From: Terriglobia bacterium
Lineage (GTDB): Bacteria; Acidobacteriota; Terriglobia; 20CM-2-55-15
DNA: 64,000 nt
NCBI GenBank assembly: GCA_965218585.1
Contig: CBDCLE010000003.1
Coordinates: 128,001 to 192,000, forward strand
Direction of reading: 5' to 3'
Part shown: piece after piece, positions 51,227-59,679 of the stretch
Position numbering within the stretch: position 1 is the first letter of the stretch
Layout: every line of letters begins with the position of its first letter
The notes under the pieces: generated by a model
What the model was told of the DNA's origin: nothing
What the model saw: the letters and a program-made list of their open reading frames with translations, nothing else
Database searches by the model: none
Translations under genes and position numbers: made by a program

Positions 51227-51949
51227 AAGATTCGGTCCGACTCTGGCCAGCGTTAGAACCTCAACCCTTGAGGCTCCAGCTCGTTTCAGTGCCTTTGCAA
51301 CTTCGTTGATTGTCGCGCCGGTGGTCTGTACGTCGTCGACGATCAGAACCGGACCGCCGACTGGTCTGCTGCACTCGAATGCTCCCCGGACGTTGCGGAT
51401 CCGTTGGGAGCGCGTCAGGTCGGTCTGGCTTTCCGTGTTCTTCCTTCGGCGGATGGCGCCCGGTTGAACGTCGAGGCCGAGCCGAGCGGCCAGCAACGCT
51501 GCCTGGTTGTATCCCCGTTGGCGTTCACGTTTTCTATAGAGCGGGACCGGGACGACACGGTCCGCGGCAAACCCGTTACTTCCGAGGCATGCCTCCAGGG
51601 CCCGTCCTAACGGTCGTGCCAGCGACACCCGGTCATTGTACTTGAAGTGGTGAATCACCTCCCTCAGGCTGGTATCGAAGGTGAGAGCCGAGCGACCCAG
51701 GTCGTATTGTGTCTTTCCGATGAGGCAATTTCCGCACAGCATATCCGGTTCAGACATCGCGAACCCACACTGAGAGCAGAACGGCGGTTTAACCGGTTTG
51801 AAACCACTCTCACAGGTAGGACACAGGGGTCCGGATCGCCAATCTTTGACGGGTTCCCCGCATACCACGCAATCGGTGGGGAAGAGAAGGTTCAGAACTG
51901 TATTGATCAAACGCTGCCTGGGTGGAAAAGGAAGGGGTTTGACGAACAT
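51221..51949 (-). CDS. comF: ComF family protein
   Basis: CxxC zinc ribbons, RGYNQ, VDDV.TTGAT. Confidence 0.93.
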   Translation of the reverse strand: MFVKPLPFPPRQRLINTVLNLLFPTDCVVCGEPVKDWRSGPLCPTCESGFKPVKPPFCSQCGFAMSEPDMLCGNCLIGKTQYDLGRSALTFDTSLREVIHHFKYNDRVSLARPLGRALEACLGSNGFAADRVVPVPLYRKRERQRGYNQAALLAARLGLDVQPGAIRRRKNTESQTDLTRSQRIRNVRGAFECSRPVGGPVLIVDDVQTTGATINEVAKALKRAGASRVEVLTLARVGPNLL

Positions 51950-51968
51950 AACACGGGGACATGAAAGA

Positions 51969-52064
51969 CAGAACCGAGAGGCGCAGAGACGCAGGGGATC
52001 TATCTGTCAAGGCACATTCCCTTCTGCGTCCTCAGCGAACTCCGCGTCTCTGCGTTGAAAGTCT
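51969..52064. repeat. GCAGAG/CTCTGCG palindromic repeat family C (second copy 53325-53425)
   Basis: Shared CACATTCCCTTCTGCGTC.TCAGCGA.CTC.GCGTCTC.GCGT...TGAAA. Confidence 0.8.
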
Positions 52065-52083
52065 TTCATGTACGGTCTCGTTC

Positions 52084-52782
52084 CTATCGTTTTCCAGCAG
52101 CGCGTTTCAAAGCGGCCCGGGCCAGGAGTCGGGTGGAATCCAGAGTGGGTAGAGGGGATGTTGGGGGCCCTACGGCCAACGGGATTTCCGTGCAGCCGAG
52201 TACGACTGCATCGCAATGTTCCTGGGACTTGAAGGTTTCTATTATCCTCACAAATTCCGATTCCGCTTGCTTTGTGACACGGCCGTAAACGAGATCGTCG
52301 AATATCAGGCTGTTCACCTTCTCTCTGTCGTGGGGAGCGGGGAGGCGCCATTCCACGCCAGCCGGAGCGAGCTTTTCCGGATATACCGAACTCTCCATCA
52401 AATACCGTGTTCCCAGCAGGCCCACACGTTGGAACCCCTGACTCACGGATTCCTCAACCACAACTTCGGCTATGTGCAGCCATGGGATGGGTGAGGACGG
52501 GATGACCTTCTCCATTGCCGCATGGATGGTGTTGTCCGGGCAAATCGCGAAGTCGGCGCCCGCGGCGGCGAGCTTCTGAACAGAACGGATCATCAGATCA
52601 GCGATTCCGTCCCAGTCGTCCTGCTCGAGGAAACGCACGTGTTCAGCCAAGTCGAACATGTGCAGGGATACCTCGGGATTGTGGTGACTGCCCAGATGAC
52701 GCTCCGCTTCCACGCAGATTGTCTCGTAGCAAAGGGCCGCACCCGGTGCGCTACATGCCACGATTCCAATATGTTGAGTCAT
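52084..52782 (-). CDS. Aspartate/glutamate racemase family protein
   Basis: CPDNT.H, GLLGT, LGCTEIP. Confidence 0.92.
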   Translation of the reverse strand: MTQHIGIVACSAPGAALCYETICVEAERHLGSHHNPEVSLHMFDLAEHVRFLEQDDWDGIADLMIRSVQKLAAAGADFAICPDNTIHAAMEKVIPSSPIPWLHIAEVVVEESVSQGFQRVGLLGTRYLMESSVYPEKLAPAGVEWRLPAPHDREKVNSLIFDDLVYGRVTKQAESEFVRIIETFKSQEHCDAVVLGCTEIPLAVGPPTSPLPTLDSTRLLARAALKRAAGKR

Positions 52783-52902
52783 AAATCCTCAAACTGTCCG
52801 CCAGCCGATGATACATCCGAAAGCGTATGTGTCAGAACTCCGTGGAGGTTCTGGTGAAACGATATGGACACGGCGCAGGTTTCGCTGGAGAATCGTCGCG
52901 AG

Positions 52903-53310
52903 ATGAAACATACACCGACAGATTTACAGATGCTGAATTCGATCTACGATCGTTACTACGACGAGCGTCGTTTTCGGATGAGAACAAGACACGGAGCACG
53001 AAGAACTATGTGCCCATAGACGTTAGGGAGATCGATAAGGAATTGGACGTGGACTCGGACATCATCTTCGGACGCCTGTTTTACCACTTTGATCGGAAGT
53101 ACGGATACAAGAAAGACGATGGGCCGGGTTCATTTCTTTGCGATCCAAATCGGCGGAGACCGGCACTGTATTCACTATCCGTATCTGGGATCAGTGGTGG
53201 CGGACCTGAGAGATGAGAGCAAGAAATTCCGAATCGCCACGTCGATGGCGGCGGTTTCGCTCGTCATATCCGTGACCTCGTTCGTGATATCGACGTGGCC
53301 TGGTGGGTAG
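52903..53310 (+). pseudogene. Hypothetical protein with C-terminal TM helix, two frameshifts
   Basis: MKHTPTD..L.SIYDRYY / YVPID...DIIFGRLFYH..RKYGY / VHFF...TM helix, spread over shifted frames. Confidence 0.55.
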
Positions 53311-53324
53311 TCGAACCAAAGACT

Positions 53325-53425
53325 AAACGCAGAGACGCAGAGGATTTATTTCCGAACGCACATTCCCTTCTGCGTCTTCAGCGACCTCTGCGTCTCCGCG
53401 TCTCTGCGTCTCTGCGTTGAAAAGT
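53325..53425. repeat. Repeat family C, second copy
   Basis: AACGCAGAGACGCAGAG ... (CTCTGCGT)n TGAAA. Confidence 0.8.
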
Positions 53426-53426
53426 C

Positions 53427-53886
53427 TTATCGGGCGTAGGGGTGATTGTTGATTATTGTCAGGGCGCGGTAGATCTGTTCTGTGAGGACGGCACGGGCGA
53501 GGTCGTGGCTGTAGGTTAGCGGCGAGAGTGACCAGAGGAGGTTGGCCCGCTCTCGGACGGGGGCGGAGAGACCGGCATGGCCCCCGACGATGAAGACCAT
53601 GTCCCGGGGGTTCTCGTTGATGTGCTTTCGCAGAAACCCGGCGAACTTTTCCGATATAGGTTCTTCCGAGCGGATCCAGAGCCACAACGAAGTCGGAGTC
53701 ATCGATAGCCGTAAGCAGTCGCTCACCTTCCAACTCCATCCGCTTCTTTTCATCCTTAATGTGGGATTCCTTGAGCTCGGCGATTTCCGTGCTTACGAAG
53801 TGGCCCGAGCGGGTGGCGAATTCCTTACAGACCGAGGCGAGATCTGAATTCTTGGTCTTACCGAGCCACAGAATCTTGAGTTTCAT
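53427..53886 (-). pseudogene. rlmH: 23S rRNA m3Psi1915 methyltransferase, frameshift near 53655
   Basis: ILWLGK...LDPLG in one frame; SEKFA...FIVGG..GL...SLSPLT..H...EQIYRA..I...PY in another. Confidence 0.9.
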
Positions 53887-53889
53887 GAT

Positions 53890-53950
53890 CTGTAGGTGCG
53901 GTCTGTGACCGCACAATCGAGAAAAGTGCGGTCATAGACCGCACCTACAG
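53890..53950. repeat. GTAG-type REP doublet (REPIN)
   Basis: CTGTAGGTGCGGTCTGTGACCGCAC / GTGCGGTCATAGACCGCACCTACAG. Confidence 0.9.
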
Positions 53951-53959
53951 AAGAAGAGA

Positions 53960-54361
53960 TCAGGCTTTCTGCCCGACTGTTTCTTTTACCTCACGCCGTT
54001 TGCCGGCCCGCCACAGTCGTTCCAGGTCGTAAAACTCGCGTGCCGACTCGGTGAAGATGTGGACGACGAAGTCGACGTAGTCCATCAGGATCCATTCGGC
54101 TTCCGTGTAGCCTTCGATGTGTGATGGCCGGATGCGCGACTTTCTTAGCCTTTCGTCGACACCGTCGGCTATGGCCTGAGTTTGCCGTGTCGAGGTTCCC
54201 GAACAGAGAATGAACTGATCTGAGAACGAGCAGATGCCTTCCAGGTCGAGAACGACTACATTACGGGCCTTTTTATCCAGCATGGCCTCGATTGCTGCTT
54301 CGACGTTGTTTTCAAATGTTGTGTCTGTTTCGCTAGACGACGTAGGCGACTCCTTATTCAT
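53960..54361 (-). CDS. rsfS: Ribosome silencing factor
   Basis: DKKA, WILMDY.DFVVHIF, R.FYDLERLW. Confidence 0.96.
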   Translation of the reverse strand: MNKESPTSSSETDTTFENNVEAAIEAMLDKKARNVVVLDLEGICSFSDQFILCSGTSTRQTQAIADGVDERLRKSRIRPSHIEGYTEAEWILMDYVDFVVHIFTESAREFYDLERLWRAGKRREVKETVGQKA

Positions 54362-54971
54362 AGAGTTTATGTTTCTCAATATATCCTGCAACTTCCTTCG
54401 GGACCCAGGCAGTTATGTCTTGCCCCTTCTGGGCTCGGTCCCGAATCTTTGTAGCTGAGACAGGTTCCTTTACGAAGGGTAGAAAGTAAACTTCTGGCTT
54501 GGTAGGGATCTGAACCGGAAAGGAGGGATCCACGACCTCCACTGGCGCCAGATCTTCCCGCATCGGAAAGCCGGGCCGGTTCACGACTGCGAAGCTCGTG
54601 AGCTCCATCAGACGCTTGTAGTCCTTCCATTCTTCGATTTCCCTGAACATGTCGGTTCCGGTAACAAAGAGGAAAGAAGAATCGGGATATGTGCTGTGCA
54701 TCAGTTCTAATGTATCCACCGAGTAGCGTGGTTCCAGGGTGTCGGTTTCGATAGTCGAAACATGGAAGTTGTCGAAGGGCGCAGTTGCGAGGACGACCAT
54801 AGCGAATCGATGGAATACCGGAGTAATGCCCGATGGCGACTTGTGCGGTGGAACAAATGCTGGAATGAAATGAACCTCATCAACCTCAAAGGCATCAGAG
54901 ACCGCGTGCGCAGCTCGAAGGTGGCCATTGTGGATGGGATCGAAAGTCCCGCCAATGATGGCTATTCTCAC
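54354..54971 (-). CDS. nadD: Nicotinate-nucleotide adenylyltransferase
   Basis: [21 protein letters not shown]. Confidence 0.96.
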   Translation of the reverse strand: MRIAIIGGTFDPIHNGHLRAAHAVSDAFEVDEVHFIPAFVPPHKSPSGITPVFHRFAMVVLATAPFDNFHVSTIETDTLEPRYSVDTLELMHSTYPDSSFLFVTGTDMFREIEEWKDYKRLMELTSFAVVNRPGFPMREDLAPVEVVDPSFPVQIPTKPEVYFLPFVKEPVSATKIRDRAQKGQDITAWVPKEVAGYIEKHKLYE

Positions 54972-55984
54972 GATCCGACGGCTTCTTCCATAGACCTGAG
55001 CTTACCGATAACTGTGCGCTTCAATCCATCGAGTCCCGTACCCGTGATCGATGAAATTCTAGCGAACTCTATGTTTTCCTGTCCACACCAATGCTCAAGA
55101 TTGCCGACTCGGTCGAGATCGATGACGTCGATTTTTGAGGCAACAACCATGCTTGGTTTCTTGATGAGTTCTGGATCGTGCTGTTCCAGTTCTGAGCGCA
55201 GGATCTTCAGTTGGTCGATCGGATCCTGGTCGTTACCGACCGATACGTCGATCAGGTAGAGCAGGAGCCGTGTGCGTTCGATGTGCCTCAAGAACTGGAG
55301 TCCGAGTCCATGTCCTTCGTGCGCTCCCTCGATGAGACCCGGGATGTCGGCTACGACGAAGGTCTCAAAGTCGCCGGCCGAAACAACGCCAAGACTGGGC
55401 TCGAGAGTCGTGAAAGGGTAGTCGGCGATCTTCGGATGGGCGGCAGATATCGTTGATATCAATGTCGATTTGCCCGCATTGGGAAATCCCACGAGGCCGA
55501 CGTCGGCCAGGAGCTTGAGTTCGAGCCGGAGCGTCCGTTCTTCGCCCGGCTCTCCGTCCTGAGCCTTTTTTGGGGCGCGGTTCGTGGAAGAAGCGAAGTG
55601 GGCGTTACCCCGTCCGCCGCGTCCGCCTTCGGCTGCGAGCCACTCCTCGTCCGGGCGGTCGAAGTCATGGAGCAGGGCTCCGGTTTCTTCTTCGTAAACG
55701 GTCGTTCCCACCGGAACCGTGAGGGTGAGGTCCTCACCGCTCTTGCCGTGCCGGTCACTGCCTTCCCCGTGCCGTCCACGCTTTCCCCGGAACAGACGGT
55801 TGTAGCGGAACTTCAGAAGGGTATTTTCCTGCGTGCTCGAGACCATATAGATGTGACCGCCACGTCCGCCGTTGCCGCCGCTGGGGCCGCCCCGGGGGAC
55901 GAACTTCTCGCGTCGGAAGGCGATGCACCCGGCGCCGCCTTCGCCTGCGCGGAGTGTGATTGTGGCCTCATCTATGAAAGGCAT
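54968..55984 (-). CDS. obgE: GTPase Obg
   Basis: [31 protein letters not shown]. Confidence 0.98.
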   Translation of the reverse strand: MPFIDEATITLRAGEGGAGCIAFRREKFVPRGGPSGGNGGRGGHIYMVSSTQENTLLKFRYNRLFRGKRGRHGEGSDRHGKSGEDLTLTVPVGTTVYEEETGALLHDFDRPDEEWLAAEGGRGGRGNAHFASSTNRAPKKAQDGEPGEERTLRLELKLLADVGLVGFPNAGKSTLISTISAAHPKIADYPFTTLEPSLGVVSAGDFETFVVADIPGLIEGAHEGHGLGLQFLRHIERTRLLLYLIDVSVGNDQDPIDQLKILRSELEQHDPELIKKPSMVVASKIDVIDLDRVGNLEHWCGQENIEFARISSITGTGLDGLKRTVIGKLRSMEEAVGS

Positions 55985-55985
55985 G

Positions 55986-56072
55986 GGAAATTCCAGGGAC
56001 TGATCCCTATTTCCAGCTCGATTTTCGCCTATAGAAGCACTTTTGGGAAATAGGGGTCTGTCCCGAATTTCC
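55986..56072. repeat. Long imperfect hairpin repeat, family D
   Basis: GGGAAATTC.AGGGAC.GATCCCTATTTCC ... GGAAATAGGGGTCTGTCCCGAATTTCCC. Confidence 0.6.
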
Positions 56073-56077
56073 CAAAC

Positions 56078-56111
56078 GCAAAAAGCCAGGGCTCGGACGA
56101 GCCCTGGCCTT
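56078..56111 (-). terminator. Rho-independent terminator after rpmA
   Basis: GCCAGGGCTCG-TC-CGAGCCCTGGC followed by TTTT on the minus strand. Confidence 0.8.
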
Positions 56112-56132
56112 CATACTTGCCCTTAGTTGGTG

Positions 56133-56393
56133 TTAGTTTTGCGATGCTTCTACGCTTATAAAACGGCCCATCCGGCCGCGGTCTCTGAACTGAACTACGC
56201 CTGATACCTTGGCAAACAGCGTATCGTCTTTGCCTCTGCCAACGTTGTCACCCGGTTTGAACCGTGTGCCGCGCTGCCGCACCAGGATCGAGCCTCCGGT
56301 GACGTACTGGCCGGCGAAACGCTTCACGCCCAGTCGCTGTGCGTTGCTGTCTCTGCCGTTTCGTGAGCTACCGACGCCTTTTTTGTGCGCCAT
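56133..56393 (-). CDS. rpmA: 50S ribosomal protein L27
   Basis: [16 protein letters not shown]. Confidence 0.99.
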   Translation of the reverse strand: MAHKKGVGSSRNGRDSNAQRLGVKRFAGQYVTGGSILVRQRGTRFKPGDNVGRGKDDTLFAKVSGVVQFRDRGRMGRFISVEASQN

Positions 56394-56404
56394 GAGATCG
56401 ACTC

Positions 56405-56716
56405 CTAAACCTTGATGTCGTTGATCAGCAGTTCCGTATAGGGCTGGCAGTGGCCGCGGGTCCGCCGGTACTGCTTTTTCCGTTTCATCTTGAAGACGAT
56501 GATCTTCTTTTCTCGATCCTGATCCAGAACGGTTGCCCGGACCTTGGCTTTCTTGATCAGGGGATCACCGATGGTCACCTTGCCATCGTTCTCGACCATC
56601 AGGACTTCTTTCAGCTCGATCTTCGAGCCCACCTTGCCGTCGAATCTCTCAACCTTCAGCTTGCTGCCCGGCTCGACCCGATGTTGTTTCCCGCCTGAAC
56701 GAATAACTGCATACAT
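56405..56716 (-). CDS. rplU: 50S ribosomal protein L21
   Basis: [11 protein letters not shown]; upstream TTGACA-18-TAGAAT promoter at 56750-56779. Confidence 0.98.
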   Translation of the reverse strand: MYAVIRSGGKQHRVEPGSKLKVERFDGKVGSKIELKEVLMVENDGKVTIGDPLIKKAKVRATVLDQDREKKIIVFKMKRKKQYRRTRGHCQPYTELLINDIKV

Positions 56717-56891
56717 AAGAGGTGAATCCTCACATAGGGACAAAGTCCAATTCTACTGATATTGGCGCGTGGGTGTCAATTTAGGGGGGTTCCCGGCTTT
56801 GTGACGAAGGGGATTTCGCTCCCTCGTTCATGCGGACATCCTGTCCGAAGGAGGGCAATCTCCTGATTGCGAGGCCGTTTGCAAATAGAAT

Positions 56892-56981
56892 GGAACCGTC
56901 ACGCTAGCTGGTAAACTCGGTACTGAAATCCCAAAGAGAACTCTCAACTCGATTGTGCGTCAGGCGGGGTTAAGACAGTGA
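56892..56981 (+). pseudogene. hicA: C-terminal remnant of HicA toxin
   Basis: GTVTLAGKLGTEIPKRTLNSIVRQAGLRQ*, GTGA overlap with hicB. Confidence 0.75.
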
Positions 56982-57190
56982 AATACCTTGTGCTTATCGA
57001 AAAAGGACCGACAAGTTACGGGGCCCACGTTCCCGATCTTCCTGGGTGTGTCGCTGTGGGTCGGTCCGAAGAAGAGGTTCGGACACTGATACATGAAGCG
57101 ATCGATATCCATCTTGAGGACATGCGGCAATCCGGGGAGCAGATTCCGGAGCCTACAACCAAAGCAGATTACGTCGAAGCGACTCCCTAA
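56978..57190 (+). CDS. hicB: HicB family antitoxin
   Basis: YGAHVPDLPGCVAVG, EAI..HLE, IPEP. Confidence 0.92.
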   Translation: MKYLVLIEKGPTSYGAHVPDLPGCVAVGRSEEEVRTLIHEAIDIHLEDMRQSGEQIPEPTTKADYVEATP

Positions 57191-57264
57191 TTATCGACAA
57201 GTTCGAAGACTTCTCGGAGAACTCAGCCCATACCCAAATCTCCTTGCGGTGGAGACTTCCTTCC

Positions 57265-58182
57265 CTATTTCCGTCTTGCTCTGGGGTGTGTTTTCCGGTA
57301 TTCGTCGCGGAGGTGTTCGAGGCTCAGGTGAGTGTACTTCTGAGTTGTCGAGAGGTTCGAATGGCCGAGAAGTTCCTGGATGCTACGGAGGTCGGCCCCG
57401 CTCTCGAGCAGGTGGGTCGCAAAACTGTGGCGCAGGGTGTGAGGGGTCATCTGCCGTCCTGGAGTCAGGTAGGTGCGATAACTCTCCAGAAGGCGTTCTA
57501 CCGAGCGCACCGTCAGGCGTGTGCCGCGCATGTTGATGAACACAGGCAGATTCCCCTCGCTGTCGCGGCGTATCTTCCCTTCGACTTCGCGTTCGGTTCG
57601 GTAGGCTTCCAGTGCCTGGGCGGCAAACTGACCGAAGGGGACAATTCGCTCCTTCCCTCCCTTTCCCAGCACGCGCACGATGCGTTGGGACATGTCCATG
57701 TCCTCTTCATTCAGGCCGACCAACTCGCTGACGCGCAATCCGCTGGCATATAGGAGCTCCAGGATGGCGCGGTCCCGGAGGTTCTTGAGGTTGGGTTCGA
57801 CAGGAACTTCCATCAGCTGCTGGACTTCGGTTTCGGACAGCTTCGATGGGAGTTTTTGTTCGACCTTGGGAGAGGAGACCAGTTCCCCGGGATTCCGAGC
57901 GAGATATCCCCGGCGAACCATGAACTTAAAAAATGACCGGACCGACGAGAGGATTCGCGAAACCGAACTCTTGGCCAGCTGTTCCAGATAAAGCGTATTC
58001 AGGAAATCTCGGATGAAGATATGGTCGACATCGGCCACGTTCACCTGGCGGGCCTCCATGAAGACCGCAAATCGGCGAAGGTCTCTCTGATAGTTGGAAA
58101 CCGTATGCCCGGAAGCTGCCCGCTGCCTGAGAGAGTCGAGGAACTCTTCTATGGAGCTTTCGATGTTTAGACGAGCTGGCAT
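57265..58182 (-). CDS. xerC: Tyrosine recombinase XerC
   Basis: LYASGLRVSEL, GKGGKER, PHTLRHSFATH, LLGH, TTQKYTH; topA-trmFO-xerC context. Confidence 0.93.
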   Translation of the reverse strand: MPARLNIESSIEEFLDSLRQRAASGHTVSNYQRDLRRFAVFMEARQVNVADVDHIFIRDFLNTLYLEQLAKSSVSRILSSVRSFFKFMVRRGYLARNPGELVSSPKVEQKLPSKLSETEVQQLMEVPVEPNLKNLRDRAILELLYASGLRVSELVGLNEEDMDMSQRIVRVLGKGGKERIVPFGQFAAQALEAYRTEREVEGKIRRDSEGNLPVFINMRGTRLTVRSVERLLESYRTYLTPGRQMTPHTLRHSFATHLLESGADLRSIQELLGHSNLSTTQKYTHLSLEHLRDEYRKTHPRARRK

Positions 58183-59498
58183 TCGTCGAGCCTTTCAATC
58201 GCACGTTCCGCAATCAGACGCTGCCGGTCCTTCTTGCTCGTCTTCCTCTTGCCGACAGTTACAAGCGGCGGCAGCAGTCCGAAATTGATGTTCATGGGGG
58301 CGAAGTGCATTTGGGGCGTCGAAACATACCGGCAGAGAGATCCTATCGCTGTCTCTACCGGAGGAATCCATAGTTCGGATTCGCGTGTCCGGCGCACTGC
58401 ATTAACGCCGGCGACAAGGCCAGTCGCTATGTTTTCGATATAGCCTTCGGTTCCCGCGAGTTGTCCGGCGAAAAAAATCCGTTCGTCCTTCTTTGCGCTC
58501 AAAGTGGCATTGAGAACATCCGGCGCGTTGATGTATGTGTTCCGGTGTATCTGTCCCAGTCGTAGGAACTCGGCATTCTCGAGTCCGGGGATCATTTTCA
58601 AGATCCGCCGTTGCTCGGGGAACGTCAGATGGTTCTGAAAACCGACGAGGTTGTAACTGCTTTGCATGATGTCTTCGGAACGGAGCTGGACGACGGCGTA
58701 GGGGATCTTCCCTGTCCGTGGATCTTCCAAGCCGACCGGTTTCATGGGGCCAAAACGCAGGGTGTCGCGGCCGCGACGCGCCATTTCTTCTATGGGAAGA
58801 CACGCCTCGAAAAAACGGGTTTCCTCAAACGCATGCAGCTTGACGGCTTCAGCGCTGGTCAGGGCCTGGTAGAAACCGGCGTATTCAGACTCCGTCATCG
58901 GGCAGTTCACGTAGTCGTTCTGGGAATGGTCATACCTGGAACGGGAAAACACCTTTGAGCGATCGATCGAAGCTGCATCTACGATCGGCGATATCGCGTC
59001 GTAGAAATAGAGATGTTCGCTGCCGCAGAAGGTCCGTATCGATTCTGAAAGCCGGGGCGAGGTCAGAGGGCCACTGGCGATGATGACCGTGCCCGACTCG
59101 GGAATCTCTCCGAGCTCCTCCCGGTGCAGCGTGATGTTGGGTTCGGATTCGATGGCCTGGGTGACCGATTCGGAAAATCGCTCTCGATCGACGGCCAGCG
59201 CCCCGCCGGCTGGCACGCGGTCCTTGTCGGCGATTTCCAGCAGCAGGGAACCCGACTGACGCAGTTCCTGCTTCAGCAACCATGAAGCGTTGTATGGCCG
59301 GTCCGACTTGAACGAATTACTGCAGACGACTTCGGCGAGCTTGTTTGTTTTATGAGCCGGTGTGGTTTCCGCCGGTCTCATCTCGTAAAGATGCGCGTGC
59401 CCTCCGAGCCGCGCGATCTGCCACGCTGCTTCCGACCCCGACAGACCACCTCCGATAACGGTAATCTCGTGCACCTGAAGATTATAGCTCTGACTCAA
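58167..59498 (-). CDS. trmFO: tRNA m5U54 methyltransferase
   Basis: IGGGLSGSEAA, VCSNS, FYDAISP, GPMKPVGL, HRNTY. Confidence 0.97.
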   Translation of the reverse strand: MSQSYNLQVHEITVIGGGLSGSEAAWQIARLGGHAHLYEMRPAETTPAHKTNKLAEVVCSNSFKSDRPYNASWLLKQELRQSGSLLLEIADKDRVPAGGALAVDRERFSESVTQAIESEPNITLHREELGEIPESGTVIIASGPLTSPRLSESIRTFCGSEHLYFYDAISPIVDAASIDRSKVFSRSRYDHSQNDYVNCPMTESEYAGFYQALTSAEAVKLHAFEETRFFEACLPIEEMARRGRDTLRFGPMKPVGLEDPRTGKIPYAVVQLRSEDIMQSSYNLVGFQNHLTFPEQRRILKMIPGLENAEFLRLGQIHRNTYINAPDVLNATLSAKKDERIFFAGQLAGTEGYIENIATGLVAGVNAVRRTRESELWIPPVETAIGSLCRYVSTPQMHFAPMNINFGLLPPLVTVGKRKTSKKDRQRLIAERAIERLDECQLV

Positions 59499-59550
59499 TG
59501 ATTGAGAGCTTCAACACGAACCCGTGAATCTGAATAGGATTCGTTTTATA

Positions 59551-59670
59551 GCGCGGTTCAGACGTCGCTGAGACAAGGCGTGCGACACGAGGGCACCGGA
59601 GGCGTATATGAAATACGTCGAGGATGGCCGAGTGAGCACAACGCAGGATCAGTAGATGTATGGACCGCGC
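59551..59670. repeat. MITE-like element with imperfect terminal IRs
   Basis: GCGCGGTTCAGACGTC / GATGTATGGACCGCGC; internal CAAGGCG...GGCGTA..TACGTC...CAACGCAG. Confidence 0.55.
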
Positions 59671-59679
59671 GGTAGGTGG

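Noticed and set aside
56450-56456. RplU reads GHCQ instead of the usual GHRQ
   Set aside because: A single substitution that may be a variant or base error; no further support
57265-58182. Phage or island integrase
   Set aside because: Size, motifs and the dprA-topA-trmFO context indicate housekeeping XerC
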